From: Antedon mediterranea
Taxonomy: Eukaryota; Animalia; Echinodermata
Direction: 5' to 3'
Assembly (NCBI RefSeq): GCF_964355755.1
Contig: NC_092675.1
Location: 16,340,912-16,404,911 of the forward strand
Length of the DNA: 64,000 nucleotides
Of this stretch, positions 39,589 to 52,100 are shown piece by piece. Under the pieces are notes generated by a model, which did not search any database, was not told the origin of the DNA, and saw only the letters and a list, made by a program, of their open reading frames with translations. Position 1 is the first letter of the stretch, and each line of letters begins with the position of its first letter. The translations under genes and the position numbers were made by a program.

Positions 39589-40689
39589 GCACAACAAATG
39601 TATACTGTACCTCTCCCCTAAAATCCCCCACACCCACCTTTACACACAATATTTTCCGTGGGGATCGTATTATTCTACAGTACAAAAAATTCAAGCCAAT
39701 TTTTTTTTTATGGCCTGCCTGGGTAGATTGGGTTTCAGGAGCCTGGAGAATCCTGTCCTGGCCAACTATATATGCCTTTAGCCTAGCTTTTCTAGCCTAG
39801 CTTGTTGGCCTAGAAATCAGACAGAAAACCTGAAAAGTATTTACCTGCAATTCAAAAATTATACAATTCTAACATGCAACAGCCATTAAAATATTGATAA
39901 TAAGTTACAAAGTGTCATTTTAAAATAATTAAGAAAGATATTTGATCGTGTTTACATGTGTCACACATGGGCGCACGCACAATAGGGGAGGGCTGAGAGA
40001 GCTTCTAGAAGATGCTGACGTCACACATCAGCACGTGTTTTGAGGATGATTTGAGTGACCAAAATTGGTTAGAACTTTCGAAGAAATAATCCATCTTCAA
40101 AATGGCATAATTAAAGCAACCAGCAGCTAAGTTTTTTTAAATAATAAACATTATATTTAGGCCTCCTATATTAATGTTTCCTTTTAAAATTAAATATATT
40201 TTATTAACTCGTTCCATAAAAACATAAAGGGAAAAATTATTGGTTGGGACATGATCTTCCTGTAAAGGAGGTGTTTCTATGACACCGTACTGGTTGCACT
40301 ATGAGGCGATGAAGTAAACTCGCCCTTGAATGCGCGCAGGCAGGGGAATCCCCTTTGTTGGTACCTCGCACACTGAGATGGAGCGCGATGAATTGCTCTC
40401 CTTTTCGAAGGTTGTTGATTGCGATCGCGCTCGCGATCCTTAAAAACGAGGGACTGCCATTAGGCTTGTAGCTTTATAACTTAGCTTATATATTATTAGC
40501 CTAGGCCTAGATTGGTTTTAACTTTTAAAAATCCACGTGTTTTTAGGCCTCTTGACAGAAAAATCAACACTGTCAAAAGCTAGGCTCTATTTTGAAAATT
40601 AAGGAGCGCGATAAATTGCTCTCCTCGAAGCCTGTTGAGGAGCGCGGAGGAGCGCGGTCGCGCAGGCGCTCCTTATAAATGATGCCCTG
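39351..40689. mobile_element. hAT-like non-autonomous element with 6-bp TSD
   Basis: ACGATT|CAGGGCATCA ... TGATGCCCTG|ACGATT; subterminal TCGCTCTCCT / GGAGCGCG repeats. Confidence 0.72.
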
Positions 40690-41454
40690 ACGATTTACAT
40701 ATTGCGATTTGAAAATCGTTCTTGGTACCATTGTAAAGCTAAAATCTTTATGATTATTTTAGTCTAAATGTAAATCAGATCAAATACATAGTTTCAATCA
40801 GCTTTAATAAAAACATCGAATTGGGCTATAAACGCTGGCGGTGGCAGTTTCTAACTGGAAAAAAAAAAAAAAAAATAAATAAATAAATAAAGCAATGGTT
40901 AATTACAAACGTATTCTGTTTATTTTGAGTTTAAAAGTTGTTTAGGCCCAGGTCGTTTAGTCTAGGCCTAAGCTAGTGGTCAGGAGATCATCACTTCCAT
41001 GGTTGGTAGAGGGACGATTCGGCCTGGGATTATTTGGGGAATTCCATTTTACTTGCTGTCCACACTAGATTGTAGTAGCTTTCAAAATGTAAAATATATG
41101 CGGTCCAGAACGGATTTGATATTACTTCAAGAACAGATTTGTAAATTACAGTTTTTATCAAAATATGCAACAATAAAAAGGAAATGATGGAAGCAGAAAT
41201 ATCAATCTTTTTGGCAGTCAAAGTGTTAATACTGTATTTTAATATTGTTCTTTTAGTTACTATACTATGCACACAGGTAAGTTGTACATAGGGCCTTTGT
41301 TTGGACATGTTTTTACCATTGATTTTAATAGAAGGCGCTGTTTTTCCAAACCTTCTCATTTACAAACGCCTCTCAGACCAAGGGGTACGTAAATGAGAAG
41401 CTCGACTGTATTACAGTTAGTGTCAATCCACATACCCTGGCATTGATGAGTTGT

Positions 41455-41558
41455 ATTGCCTAGCAACCACTATTTGATATAACTATTCAAACTGTTTTGT
41501 TCATCCTTGACTTATTTTATATGAATCACTCAGCAATTTTAGTTCGTTGCTTAGCAAC
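41455..41558. promoter_or_regulatory. Cluster of RFX X-box motifs
   Basis: ATTGCCTAGCAAC (41455-41467), ATCACTCAGCAAT (41525-41537) and near-palindromic GTTGCTTAGCAAC (41546-41558). Confidence 0.55.
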
Positions 41559-43326
41559 AAATCATATAGCATATTTGATGGAAGTATGATTTTAAAGTAA
41601 TCACGATATAGGCCTAAAGCATATTTTCATTGGTATTATATTTTATTTTTATAATTTGCAAGTTCAGATGACTTTATCCTCTCAATAATAATTAACTCAT
41701 GTCAGGCAAACATAAGGTTTATTGCAAATAGCGTGCACGATGCATGGTGAGAAGGTTTTGGGAGCAAACGTCGCAGCGCTTACGTACATGATTTGTTGTT
41801 TGTACGTATGCTCCTAAATCCTTCCCATCATGCATTGTGCAATGACGTTCCTCGCAAAATCAAGCTATTTACAATAAACCTTATTCGGTACAGTAGCGTA
41901 TTATTTCAGAAGAACAGATTACTGTAACTTTTGATCTGTAATTACCGTACTGATGCGGGTATAAGCTCATACTCTGGTATAAGCCCACTCCCAACTTTTG
42001 ACTAATTTTCATGCAAAATGAGGCGCTCGAGTATAAGTCCACCCATTAATTCATGCCGTAATACATTATTTTGTATTTGGTAATGGCGAGTATTAGTTTT
42101 GTGATGGTCAACACATCTGGCGACTTCCATACACCGCATCGTCCTACCTTTTATTATAAACAAGCTAGGCTAATATAAGCTAGGCCATATCAGGCCTAGC
42201 AGCCCTGTTTGGTTTACACTCCATTGCCAAAACAAAGAACCGCAATTTGGTATCGGCTGCAGGCCCGTATGCAGCATTTATAATGGGGGGGGGGTGCGAG
42301 CGAAGCGAGCAACAATGGCTGGGGGCCAGGGGGCCGCCAAGGGCCCCCCGGTCAGGGTCCAAAATTTGCATTATTTGACGTTCTAAAGACTGATGTAAGA
42401 CTCTCTGTTGTGGCTTGGGCTAGTTGAACGATGGACACCAGAACTTAACGCTTTCATGATGAGGCCAACTCAGCAGGGGTGGCGCCAGGATCTTCCCGAC
42501 GCGGGGGCTACATTCCCCGACGAGGACCAGGGGCCGCCAAGGGCCCCCGGTGGGGGTCCAGGGGGCGAAGCCCCCGGAAGCAACGCGTTCTAGCGTCATT
42601 TGAGGTCTTTTTAATCAGATTTAGGGTAGCCATTTTTTCCATTTTTTATAATGTATAAATAAAATACTGCGTGCAAAAAAACGATGCGCGATGACTGTTT
42701 CAATCCATATTTTTCAATTTAAAAAATAAAAGTTCAAAGAAAATTTTGAAAAATAGAGTTGGAGGTCCCGGAAATTGGACTTATTATACTTCAAAACATG
42801 AAAAAAAATATATAAGTCCCTATCATGGGTTGTGACTGAGCTAAGAAATGTTTGAAAAATAGAGATGTTAGGTCCCGGAAAATGTACTTCTTGTTCTTCG
42901 AAATATGACCAGCTTTATTGTTGGGGCTGAGCTAAGAAAATGTTTAAAACTAGAGCTGCAGGTCTTCAAAAAATTGCATTTTATACTTTGGAAACATCAG
43001 GCCTAGAGGCTTAAAAAACGCAAGCGTAGACCTTTTTCAGTCGGGGAAAAAAGTTTATTCCTCCCAGGTGTATGCATGCGTACCATCTGGACTTCCGAGT
43101 GGTGAGAAATTCATGACATACAGGATATTGAAAATGTAATAACTATAGCTATAATGTTGGCTAAGCGAAAATGGCATGTTTTTTTGTTTAGTAATGGATG
43201 AAAAATTTATTTTAGGTGCTCCACGGTACAGAAGGTTACTTGTAAATTAAAAAATTGGTGAACAAACGAACAATTAACATAATTCGTTTTTGCTGTAGTG
43301 TAGCGTACGTCGACGCAGTACACGAC

Positions 43327-46048
43327 GTAACCGTCGGTAAACTTCGCCTGGAAAATAACACATTACACATTTTGGTCCCTGGATGAAACTTGATATCACG
43401 CGTCTCGACCCAACGTTGAACGATTCGTACAAAGGGATACCGCCAGACAAGTGCGTACCTAGCTATTGTTTAGTAGTAAGTTAGATCGCTGGCAATAATG
43501 AATGCATATAAAGTGCATAATATCACTCTGACGTACTCTCACGGTCAATGAAACGTCACGGTTTTCTAGGCGCTGAAGCTAGCTACGAAGTGAACGCGAA
43601 CGCTTTTTACTGTATATTATATTCCCCGTCAAAAAGTACACGTGTTCCCTTCGGTAACCGTCGGTAAACTTCGCCTGGAAAATAACTACATTACACATTT
43701 TGGTCCCTGGATGAAACTTGATATCACGCGTCTCGACCCAACGTTGAACGATTCGTACAAAGGGATACCGCCAGACAAGTGCGTACAGTACAGGACAGAA
43801 TTATTGCAAAAATCCCAACGCATTCAACACGTTGTCGTTGCGTTGTGTTTGCGTTGCGTTGAACGGCTTTCAACGTTTAGTTGTTTATTCAACGAAAGTC
43901 ATTATCAGCATGTCAAGTAAACAATTAGTTATTTCAACGCTAGCTGCTGCAGCACTAGACTGGCCGATTGCACCGTTGCACGCCTGAACGATCAGTAACA
44001 ACAACAGGCAAAATACCTATCGGCAGTCACTACCAGATATTTTAATATAAATAAAATATATATGAAGCTTAGATATATTTTTAAGTATTGAACGGACAGT
44101 TACCAAATAAAACACACAGTGATATTTCCCAGTGTTTAGTGAAGGAAAACATCGAATAATAAGGTCGATGCCAAGTCTAACAGTTAACACTGTACTGTAG
44201 GCCTTCCGGGGGAAAACACGATCTCACGTCGTAAAATCAAACAACGTGGAAATTACTGACATCAACACACGAGGCCGCCACCCTGGTTTCCTCAAGAAAA
44301 ACACCACGTGTGTTATGACGTATTTAACGATCGTTAATGACGACGAAGTAATTAATTTTATTTAGGCCTACATTTTTTAGCTGTTCGAGATTCAAGAGTT
44401 AAGTTAAAATATTGTTTCTCTATTTTGGTTTTTATTTTATAATTGTCCCATTGTTTGTTGTAATGTAATTTGAAAGAACTAAAAAATTTGACGTGTCCGA
44501 CACCCATGAACCAATTTAAATCTTTATAAATCGAACAACATTACATTTTTAAGTACAAAAAGCGTTTTGAATACGTTAACAATAGAGCGTGTTGAATGTA
44601 TTGAACCCGTTGACCGTTCGTTGACGACGTTAAACAATTGAATCCCATAGCGTTGAACGCGTTGAAAACGTTGCGCGTTTTGAAAAGCATCACGCTGTAA
44701 ACTGATTAAAATGTTGGCTGTTCGCTCGCATATTCTCGCAACTCCCATCCCATTCATACAGTTTCAGGAGGAGGCCAATATAATTATATTAAGAAACAAA
44801 ACAATAGTATGTTAAAGAGAAAACGCCTAAACCTCGCCTGTAATAATATATTGTCTTGCATCAGAATAAAGTGGTTCTTTATTCTGAATTGTTTGGTTAT
44901 TCAAATATTTGTGGGTTACACCTTGGCGTGAATAATATGGTATGGCACAGGTTTTGATTTTAAAGAAAACGCCTAACAGTAACATTGCCTATTGTCATCA
45001 AATTGGTCATTCCTATTTCTTGGTTATTATATTTAACGCTTTTCTCTGCATGGGTTACGTTAGGCATCACAATAATTAATTTATAATATAATACATGATA
45101 ATGATATATTTATGGATAATAATAAAACTAAACGATTTTTTCCCTTTTAATTACGCGTTATTTCATAATGAATGAACTCTTCACCTTTCGATCAGTTCGT
45201 CCCTCACGTCACGAAAAGCATGCGTGAAAAAGACGACGACCATGCTGGATCGTTATGTTGGTGGTGTATTGTTGCCTTCCATGGCGGCGGGTGTAGGCTA
45301 CGTTGTTTTTATAAATAATCGAGAAAAATGTAGTACAGTACTGCGAAGTTTTTAGTTTGGAAATAATTAATTACGATGTGACCTAGCCTCCAAGATTCAC
45401 CGCCGCCTTAACTTTGGTATTTAATACTCCAGTTAATATAGGCACACAGTAATTGAGGACATGACCACTACTTTTAACTGCGATGGCAGACGCGGCTCAT
45501 ATACACACGGGGCCTACTCGTTAGTAGTAGGCCTAGCCTAGTGTAATATATTAAGCTAGGTTTCCGCGGAAAAATACACATTATGTTTGTTTTCTTAAAT
45601 ATTTGTAATACTGTATTTTATACTATTACTACTACTACTAATACACACTGGCAATCTGTAAATACCATACGAATCCGATTGTTCGTTATTTCAACGCAAA
45701 CTCAACGCAACACATTGTGTTGGTTGAATAAACAGTTCAACGAACTCAACACTTTCAACGCCAACGGACAACGCAGTTTCAACGCGTTGTCAACACTTTA
45801 ACAATGCGTTGAATGCGTTCAAAATCTGCAATAATTCTGTCCGGTACTGTACCTAGCTAATGTTTAGTATTGTAGTAAGTTAGATCGCTGGCAATAATGA
45901 ACGCATAAAAGTGCATATTAGCCCTCTGACGTACTCTCACGGTCAATGGAACGTCGTGGTTTTCTAGGCGCTGAAGCTACAGTATATGAAGTGAACGCGA
46001 ACGTTTTTTACTGTATATTATATTCCCCGACAAAAAGTACCCGTGTTC
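43327..46048 (+). repeat. ~327-bp tandem duplication; second unit interrupted by the 2,064-bp element
   Basis: GTAACCGTCGGTAAACTTCGCC starts at 43327 and 43654; the second unit resumes at 45850. Confidence 0.85.
43786..45849. mobile_element. 2,064-bp non-autonomous DNA transposon (TA TSD), copy 2, inverted
   Basis: Same length as copy 1 with identical short ORFs on the opposite strand; the empty site GCG|TA|CCTAGC is preserved at 43456-43457. Confidence 0.9.
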
Positions 46049-46588
46049 CCCGACGGGGGGTTGGCCTTCCCTTGTTTAGGCGCCGTATTCGATAGTGTCT
46101 GTATTTCCAGACACGTCTTTACCGCCGGTTAAGTTGTCTGTATTTCTCCAGCAAACACTTTACCGCGTACCGCGTACATGAAGCGCTAAGCTATTGCTTG
46201 TCGTCACATGATCGACTGCGCATGTTTTACATCGAGTTTGTAGTCGGTTCAGATTCCGTAATTTAATTACCGGTATTTTTTCATTTTATATTAGCATATT
46301 TTTGTTTGTATACCATTGATAATGTAAATTTTGTATATATATAATGATATTGTCTTTAGTTAAACAAGACAAGAAAAAATACCAACCGAGGAAATAGTGG
46401 ACCTTTTGGGACTTGGGGGGGGGGGGTGCGTCTGCACCCAACGCACCCCCCCCCCCCCCCCCTGGATACGGGCCTGGGCTGTCATACTGTAAACAAGCTT
46501 ATTAAATTTCTTTGGTACATTTCTATTTAACGAACATTGTATACTTGCATACATGGACTTATTCTCGCGTCAGTACGATATATAAATA

Positions 46589-48099
46589 CAGTCGACTCCG
46601 CCTAAGTCGAATCTAAGGGGACTGGTATAAAAATTTGAGTTATGCAAACTTCGACTTACAGATTTGTAAAAAAAATGCTAGGGTAGGCCCACTCACTAGC
46701 CGCGCTACGGCTAGGCCTAAGCCTAGATAGTAGACCCTGTCGCGATCGCAGCCCACACGATAAGCCTTCTTGAATTGAGTTTGCTTAGCTAGCTAGGCCT
46801 AATAAATGCTAAGCCTCCTTTATCGGCAATGACAAACTGTATTTTCTTTATGGTTTAAGCCGCGGATAACGTATACCGTATATTTCGGTGTATAAGGTGC
46901 ACCTGTGTATAAGACGCACCCCCTAACTGAGAGTAAAATATCGGCATTTTTTATATCGTCGATGTATAAGACGCACTTTATATTTCATCAAAACTATGTT
47001 TTTTTTAAATTGTAATCAATATAATTGTAATAATATATTGTTATATCTACAACTGAGTCCTTTATTTAGGGTTTTTCTTACCTAGGCTCGGCCGCGCCCA
47101 GCCTTAACAAGTTCTTTCCAACTTGTTATTCATGAGTTTCGCACCCGCAACATCGAGTGAATGACCGTGTGTGTAACACGCACGTGTGTGGGCTAGCCTC
47201 GCTCGATCATTTCAAGAGGGCACACGTTTTCAAGGACAATCGTATTCGATTAGTATCTATGTATCCGAGAAGTGTATATGCTGGTCCATGCTATAATCAA
47301 CTGGAGAATATACTAGTCGAATACCATAGACCATGTGGCCACCAAAAAGGGCTTGCGCTTGGGGTACGGCGGTCGTGCGTATAACTATAACTAAATACTA
47401 TTCCAATCGTAAACGTTTACAAATGAACTTTTATCGGAGCGCCTAAAACAGCCTCATAATGAACAAATCTTTTCATCATATTTAGTATAACATCACGCTA
47501 AAATGCCTTAAAAAACTAGGCAGAAGCAGGTTGCCGTTATGTTAGTACACTGTAGCTAGCCTAGGCTAGGCCTAGCCAACGATGTGACGATATTTACAAT
47601 CTGTGTGGTGTGAGGCATAACATAATGTTCGGTGTATAAGACGCACCCTTAATTTAGAGGTCAAATTTGCGGTAATAAATACATTTCGGTTCTTATTCGA
47701 AAACGGTATTCATTGTTTATTGCCATCTGTCTAGCACAAAATAGGTACCCACAAAACGCCGCTCAATTTCTCAACGCTAAAATGCCGCCTATTCTACAAC
47801 CTGCTTGAGAGAACTGATATGGTCCCACATTATAACCTCTGTCGTTTGTTTATCGAATTACATATGTTTCATCGGTTTTTTTAGCCCGTTGTTGCCGCGT
47901 GATTTGTGACTTTGACTTATATGATATAAATCACTAAAGAATGTGTGTATTGGGACCGCAAAAAGATGTCGACTTAGAAAAATTTGACTTACAAATAAAA
48001 ATGACACAGTAATGCATAGGAATGAATTGGGACTTTCATAAAAATTCGACTTTCGCGATTTTTTGACTTACGCGAATTTGACTTGGGCGCAGTCGACTG
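46589..48099. mobile_element. Tc1/mariner(pogo)-type non-autonomous element containing a CCGTA-ended element (46876-47706)
   Basis: TA|CAGTCGACTCCGCCTAAGTCGAAT ... ATTTGACTTGGGCGCAGTCGACTG|TA; inner TA|CCGTATATTTCGGTGTATAAG ... AAACGG|TA with GTATAAGACGCAC repeats. Confidence 0.72.
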
Positions 48100-49149
48100 T
48101 AATAATCTTTTAAAATTAGTAAAATTCTTGAAAACAAATCTGTACCCCACTGTATAATTAAGGTTACAGTGTAGGGAATGGAAGAACTGTTCCTTGCAAG
48201 CACTAGTCTATTTTATACTGTATATTAATATACTAAATTTAAATTATTTCACAAACTTTACATCCTGTACAACTTGCACAAAAAGTATTTTGTTATTCAA
48301 CAATAGTATAAATGTAGATAACAATGCAGCAAGACTACAGTTTTCGTCTAACAAAATAAAACTAACCCAAAATAATGAGGCGGGAGTCATTATTGAACGT
48401 ATTGGAATTATTTGATCTTCTCATCAATATTGTCAACGTACAGTACTTACTATATTCTACCAGTAATACTTCCCAGGGTCATTGGAACATGATTTGCATA
48501 CCAATTAGAATTAAACAATAGTTACTGAATGTTACGAGAATTAAGACATTGAAATTCTCAGATTAGCACTTTGAATTGGCTGTAAAGTGTACTTAATTAT
48601 TAATGTATAAAACCTAGAAATATTAGTCGAAGGTTGTTTAGTGGTGAGTGCATGTATTGTACAATAAGTGCCTACCGTAATGTAAATGGATTGTAAAAAC
48701 AAAGAAAAGGAAAACAATACATTATTTAATTAACAAAGGAGCAATGCTTGTGTACTATCTACAGTACCAGTTGTTTTATTAATATGAATATTGATTTTCC
48801 TTTTATTCTATTATTTATTATCTATAAAATTTATGTTTAAAATTTGTCTTTATTAATTTTATCTATATATTATAATTATTTCATTTACTTGTCAATGTTT
48901 TATTATATTTACTTTGTAAATATGTCCTTCAAAACCAAAGACTGTATTTAATGAAGTTATATTATATATTAAATTATGATCTGCACATTCCTGTAACTAT
49001 ACCACAGTAGAATAAAACAGACAATAATTAAGTACACATTTCTATTTAATATATTGTACTACTACTGTATATTAAATTATTTGTATATAAATAATTCTTG
49101 CTAGTGAACCAATCAATATCTTTTTATTTTGACAGACTTTGAATGAAGA

Positions 49150-52100
49150 ATGGCAACACAAACAGCGTTTGTGTCTGACATGCAAATAGCACCATCACAG
49201 GACCAACAGCAGACGGTTACCCATCAGACAATTATAACTGCGCAATCAACCCAGCGTACATCACAACCACAATTTATCGTTACAAGTCAGTTATATGTTT
49301 TAATGATAATTATGTCTTCTTTATTCTCAAATATGAATAATTGTTTAATACCAGTAGTCATTTTTTTGAAAAATGAATTTTCTATCCCTTAATGGTCTAC
49401 CGTCAGTATATTTTCTGCCCCGCCCATTTTTTGGGGACTATTTCTGTTTAGATTTTGTGATCTTTTGAAGTCTTCATGAATTAAGAAGCTACTACAGCGA
49501 GCGAGTGACTTCCATGACATAATACCACTACTAGGCCTAGGCCCGGCCTAAATTATCATATCATTTTTTTTATATGAATGCTTCGCCTCATCTTGGCTTT
49601 CTTCGGCGTTATTTTCAAAATACATGGAAAGCCCACATCACACGTGTTTTGTTGCGACCCCTTGCTTGTTGTTTATGATGACATTGTTTTTGTACGAGCA
49701 TAATACCTACGCTACAATAAAGTAGTAATTTATATTACTGTAAACAAAATTATTTGTTCTATTTTATATTTTAATACATCTTAAAGGTATTAAAAACTAC
49801 ATACAGTATTGTTTTTAAACACATTTTATCATTAAAGACCCCTTCCCTGCAATTTTGGACGTTTTTTGGAAAATAATAGATATATATCACTTTAAAAACA
49901 TTAAACCATGTCATTCCTTGTCTTAAATGTACGTTTTATGGTAAATTATGATAAAAAGTGAGAAACAATGCACTACCTAAGTAGCTCGCGGCGATCGACC
50001 TCTCGTGGACGGTCTTAGGCCTAGCCTAGCTAGGCTTAGTTTTGTAGGCCTAGCTGGTAAACATCGATAACGTACGAACATCGTACGCTAGCTATATACC
50101 TAGCCTGACGTTGTATAGTTGCTGCATTAATTGTCTTTCTATTTTTGCCAGACTCCGTTGATACAAATTGGGGAAAACACGGTATTTTCGCTGAAAAGTT
50201 AGGAGTCTTCCATTTGTTTTGGCTTCACGATCGATCGAAAAGTGGGCGAATTACAGGTGAAAAACAAAAATATCAATCCGCGCGCAATGCATTTTGGGAT
50301 TTATAGCGGGCCGCTATAATTATTAGAATCGATTTATTTTTCACATTTTTAACCGTTTAAAGACGAAAAAAGTTATCGCAATAGGACCATATAGTATTAT
50401 TTTTACATTAAATATAGTTTGTGATCTTAAATTAGATCTAAAAAACGTAGGGAATGGGGCTTTAATATTATATAATTAAAAAACAAATCACTGTACCACG
50501 CTTGTAAAATATTCATACGCCAAGACCTCGCGTGTCTCTCTGGCTCGATTTTCTCCACAGCCTGGAAATCGTGATTTTTCAACGAATTCTAACTTCGCGT
50601 AGAATTAATCAATTTTTACGATTTGAAATTGCAGATATATCGCTTTTTCTTTTTATTCATAGTTAAACACATGGTATTATTATTATTTTATAGAAAAACA
50701 CATTTTCAAACATTCAGTCGCTTCATTTGACCATGATTGAGGAATTTGATCCTACACATTTCCCCAGTGATTTATTGAGACTTCGTAAGGTCGCGGCCTA
50801 TTCTTTTGATATGTAATGTGATTAGATTGATTAGACTCTGGCAAAACCTGGTTATAGAACCCGTTAAAAGCATGCTTTGACGGGTAGAATGGTAAGAGGA
50901 AAAGTTTCAGCATGTTACAATAATTGGGACGTACATTACATTTATCTGTAATCGTGTGGATGGTAACTTTTGTGAAGATCACAATACAAGCTGGCTATAG
51001 CTATAAAGATTTGTTTAATTTGTATTTAACTGTTATTAATCAACTTTTATTACAGATTCAAATGATGTTCTGAAAGACTCAACATCGAGTACCAACACTG
51101 TTACACTTCAAAACGCCCAACCATCGCAGCAACAGCAGCAACAACAATCCGTCTTTTCAAACCACTTGCAGTATGTCACGGACAACGACAACAACCAGAC
51201 CATCTTCGCTAACGGCACTATGTGAGATAAACCATTAGACAGCTCTGTGGTCGTGTGCCGTGAAGTGAAAAAATCTTTGTGCCGTGTTTATATCAAACTG
51301 TAGTCATGCACCGACCCTACGTCGTAGTCGGCTTTCATTGTGTTTTTTTTTCGCACACGATTATTGACGCTACACAAATGGTCCCACATTGTGCCTAAAG
51401 CACTAACCAGTTGGCTATCTTGTTGTTGCTATTGTTATACATAACAGGACACTATGAAGAATAGTCTGAGCATGTCTACACACCAATCCTTGTAATAACT
51501 TCTGTGACTATCCTAACCTACTAACCCAGAATTTATGTTGGCGATGAGATTATGCAAAATTCTGGAATTAGGGTAGTTAAGGAAGCTATCACAATGCTGA
51601 TGGGTTTGTACACATGAGCAGATAGTCGTTATGTACTGTATTGTTCTTGGTCTTTTTGCTGTGTAATGCTTATCATTTGATGTTGGCAGTTTTTATATAT
51701 TTGTTTACAAAACAAACAATCCATCTTCTTTTTAAAAAAACTCTATCAATATTATACTACAAAAAGTAGTAAATTAGTTATTGAATTAGCAAGTCAAAAT
51801 TTCTTTTCATATACTTTTTAAAAATTTTCCAGAGACGTGGAATTCTGAACTTTTCTCATAAAGCAATAACTGTGTTTTAAAGAAATTGATTATTTAAAGT
51901 TTTTAATAAGTGAAATAACATGTAAATTATTCCTAATTTCAAGCACCCCCAGTTTTATCAAATATATTTTCAAATTAGCATATTCAAGACATTCCAAGCC
52001 AACTGGTTCAAATTAGATGTAGTCTGTTTTGTTTTATTTGTTATATTTAAATTCTATAAGCTTTGCATGTCTCTATATATTTAGAATGTGTCTTGTACTG

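Larger units (their letters stand above)
34706..41225. mobile_element. piggyBac-type non-autonomous element (TTAA TSD), second layer
   Basis: TTAA|CACTTTGACTGCCAAA ... TTTGGCAGTCAAAGTG|TTAA. Confidence 0.78.
34555..41408. mobile_element. Tc1/mariner(pogo)-type non-autonomous element, outer layer of a nested stack
   Basis: TA|CAGTCGACCTTCTCATTTAC ... GTAAATGAGAAGCTCGACTG|TA (1 mismatch in 20 bp). Confidence 0.75.

Noticed and set aside
41943-43320. Additional TE ends (TA|CCGTACTG at ~41945, CAGGCCCGTA at ~42259, CAGGGGTGGCGCCAGG at ~42474, similar fragment at ~16907)
   Set aside because: Clearly repeat-like, but matching opposite termini and TSDs could not be identified, so boundaries are unsupported.
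36138-45801. Identical 72-aa and 77-aa ORF pairs
   Set aside because: Chance ORFs duplicated with the 2,064-bp element; no DDE or other recognisable motif.
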